Assembly: GCF_044704955.1 (NCBI RefSeq)
Contig: NC_091991.1
Location: forward strand, 36,084,001-36,148,000
Direction: 5' to 3'
Length of the DNA stretch: 64,000 nt
From: Pristiophorus japonicus
Taxonomy: Eukaryota
This document shows, piece after piece, positions 63,005 to 64,000 of this stretch. A program made the translations under genes and the position numbers. Each line of letters begins with the position of its first letter. The first letter of the stretch is position 1. The notes below the pieces were generated by a model, which worked only from the letters and a program-made list of their open reading frames with translations, was not told the origin of the DNA and searched no databases.

Positions 63005-63070
63005 ATGGCCAGAGAAGATTCGGTTAAATGTCTGCGCTGCTCGCTTTATGCTTTGAACTTTCTTTTCTGG
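63005..63070 (+). CDS. TSPAN12: TSPAN12 first coding exon ([22 protein letters not shown])
   Basis: Acceptor ttttcag at 62931-62937, ATG at 63005, 66 coding nt, GTGAGT donor at 63071; peptide matches the tetraspanin-12 N-terminus; head-to-head with ING3 as in human. Confidence 0.93.
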
Positions 63071-63734
63071 GTGAGTACGATTAAAAGGAACCAGATTCCT
63101 CTACGTCTGCACACAGCACACAGACAGCAATTACCAAAGGGCTCTGCAAGCTGTGGGTCTCTGGAAAATTGAGTACATTTTGGTAAGATTTACAACACCG
63201 CTCCTGCTATCTTTTCCACCACTGTGGAATCGATTTCCACCTGAACTTTGGATGTTGCTGAGGGGAAATGTTTGTTTGCGATAGTTTTAAATTAGCTGTT
63301 GATAGATATCCCATCAATGTGCTTAGACAGAATGCTCTTGTTTTTATTTACTTTGTGGTTAATTTTTGTAGTATACTGATACCATTGGTCAATAATTCTT
63401 AATATTTTACATAATTTGGAACAAATGGTATGTGCAATTCAAAGTTAGTTCATATTAGAGCAACATTTACCAGGTGCACCAAAAGATCCTATTACAAAAA
63501 CTAAGATTTGAATTAATTAAATTTGAGTTGATTGGACCAGCAATGTTTCCGAAGGATATTGGGGCATTTCTATCAGGAAGATATTTTCATAATTTGATGC
63601 AGAATCTCAAGATTCTGAATCAAAAAGTAATGTAATTTTGCAGATTGAATCACACTGTAGAAATGTTCTCGTTTGATTTATACATTTTTAAAATTGAGTA
63701 TTTTTGTTAATCATCTGCAATCTGAGAATAGATG

Positions 63735-63905
63735 CCTTTAAGGGGAAGCTAGTTAAACATATGAGGGAGAAAGGAATCGAAGGTTGTGCTGATAGGGTTA
63801 GATGAAGAGTGATGGGAGGAGGCTTGTGTGGAGCATAAACATCAGCATAGACCATTTGGGCTGAATGGCCTGTTTCTGTGCTGTACATTCTATGCAATTC
63901 TATGT
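63735..63905 (+). mobile_element. CR1 LINE 3' UTR fragment
   Basis: gtggagcataaacatcagcatagaccatttgggctgaatggcctgtttctgtgctgtacattctatg. Confidence 0.6.
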
Positions 63906-64000
63906 AATTGAATAGGACTTTTTCTTGTGCCTTTTTATACATAGAAATCCATAAAAATGAATTGAGAATGTATAGCCATTCTGAAGTTTAGTTTCTTCAC

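Overview
Eukaryotic vertebrate genomic DNA; the repeat content points to a cartilaginous fish (shark-like), which is an inference. It contains coding exons 1-5 of ING3 on the minus strand (with a GC-AG intron 3) and the first coding exon of TSPAN12 on the plus strand, in head-to-head arrangement. The ~50 kb between them is mostly transposable elements: CR1/L2/RTE LINE fragments, SINEs, Harbinger-type MITEs, three Mag-like Gypsy LTR elements (one nested in another), and a young, internally deleted ERV with a 2H-phosphoesterase-like domain in pol. The most unusual structure is at 34006-42083: a composite of U2- and U1-snRNA-derived, tailed, poly(A)-ending elements. One of them abuts U2 nt 38, the site used by U2-targeting Keno/Utopia LINEs. 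The composite sits inside an old RTE LINE and was later split by the ERV. All calls are by eye and from recalled reference sequences; no searches were run, and boundaries of degraded repeats are approximate.
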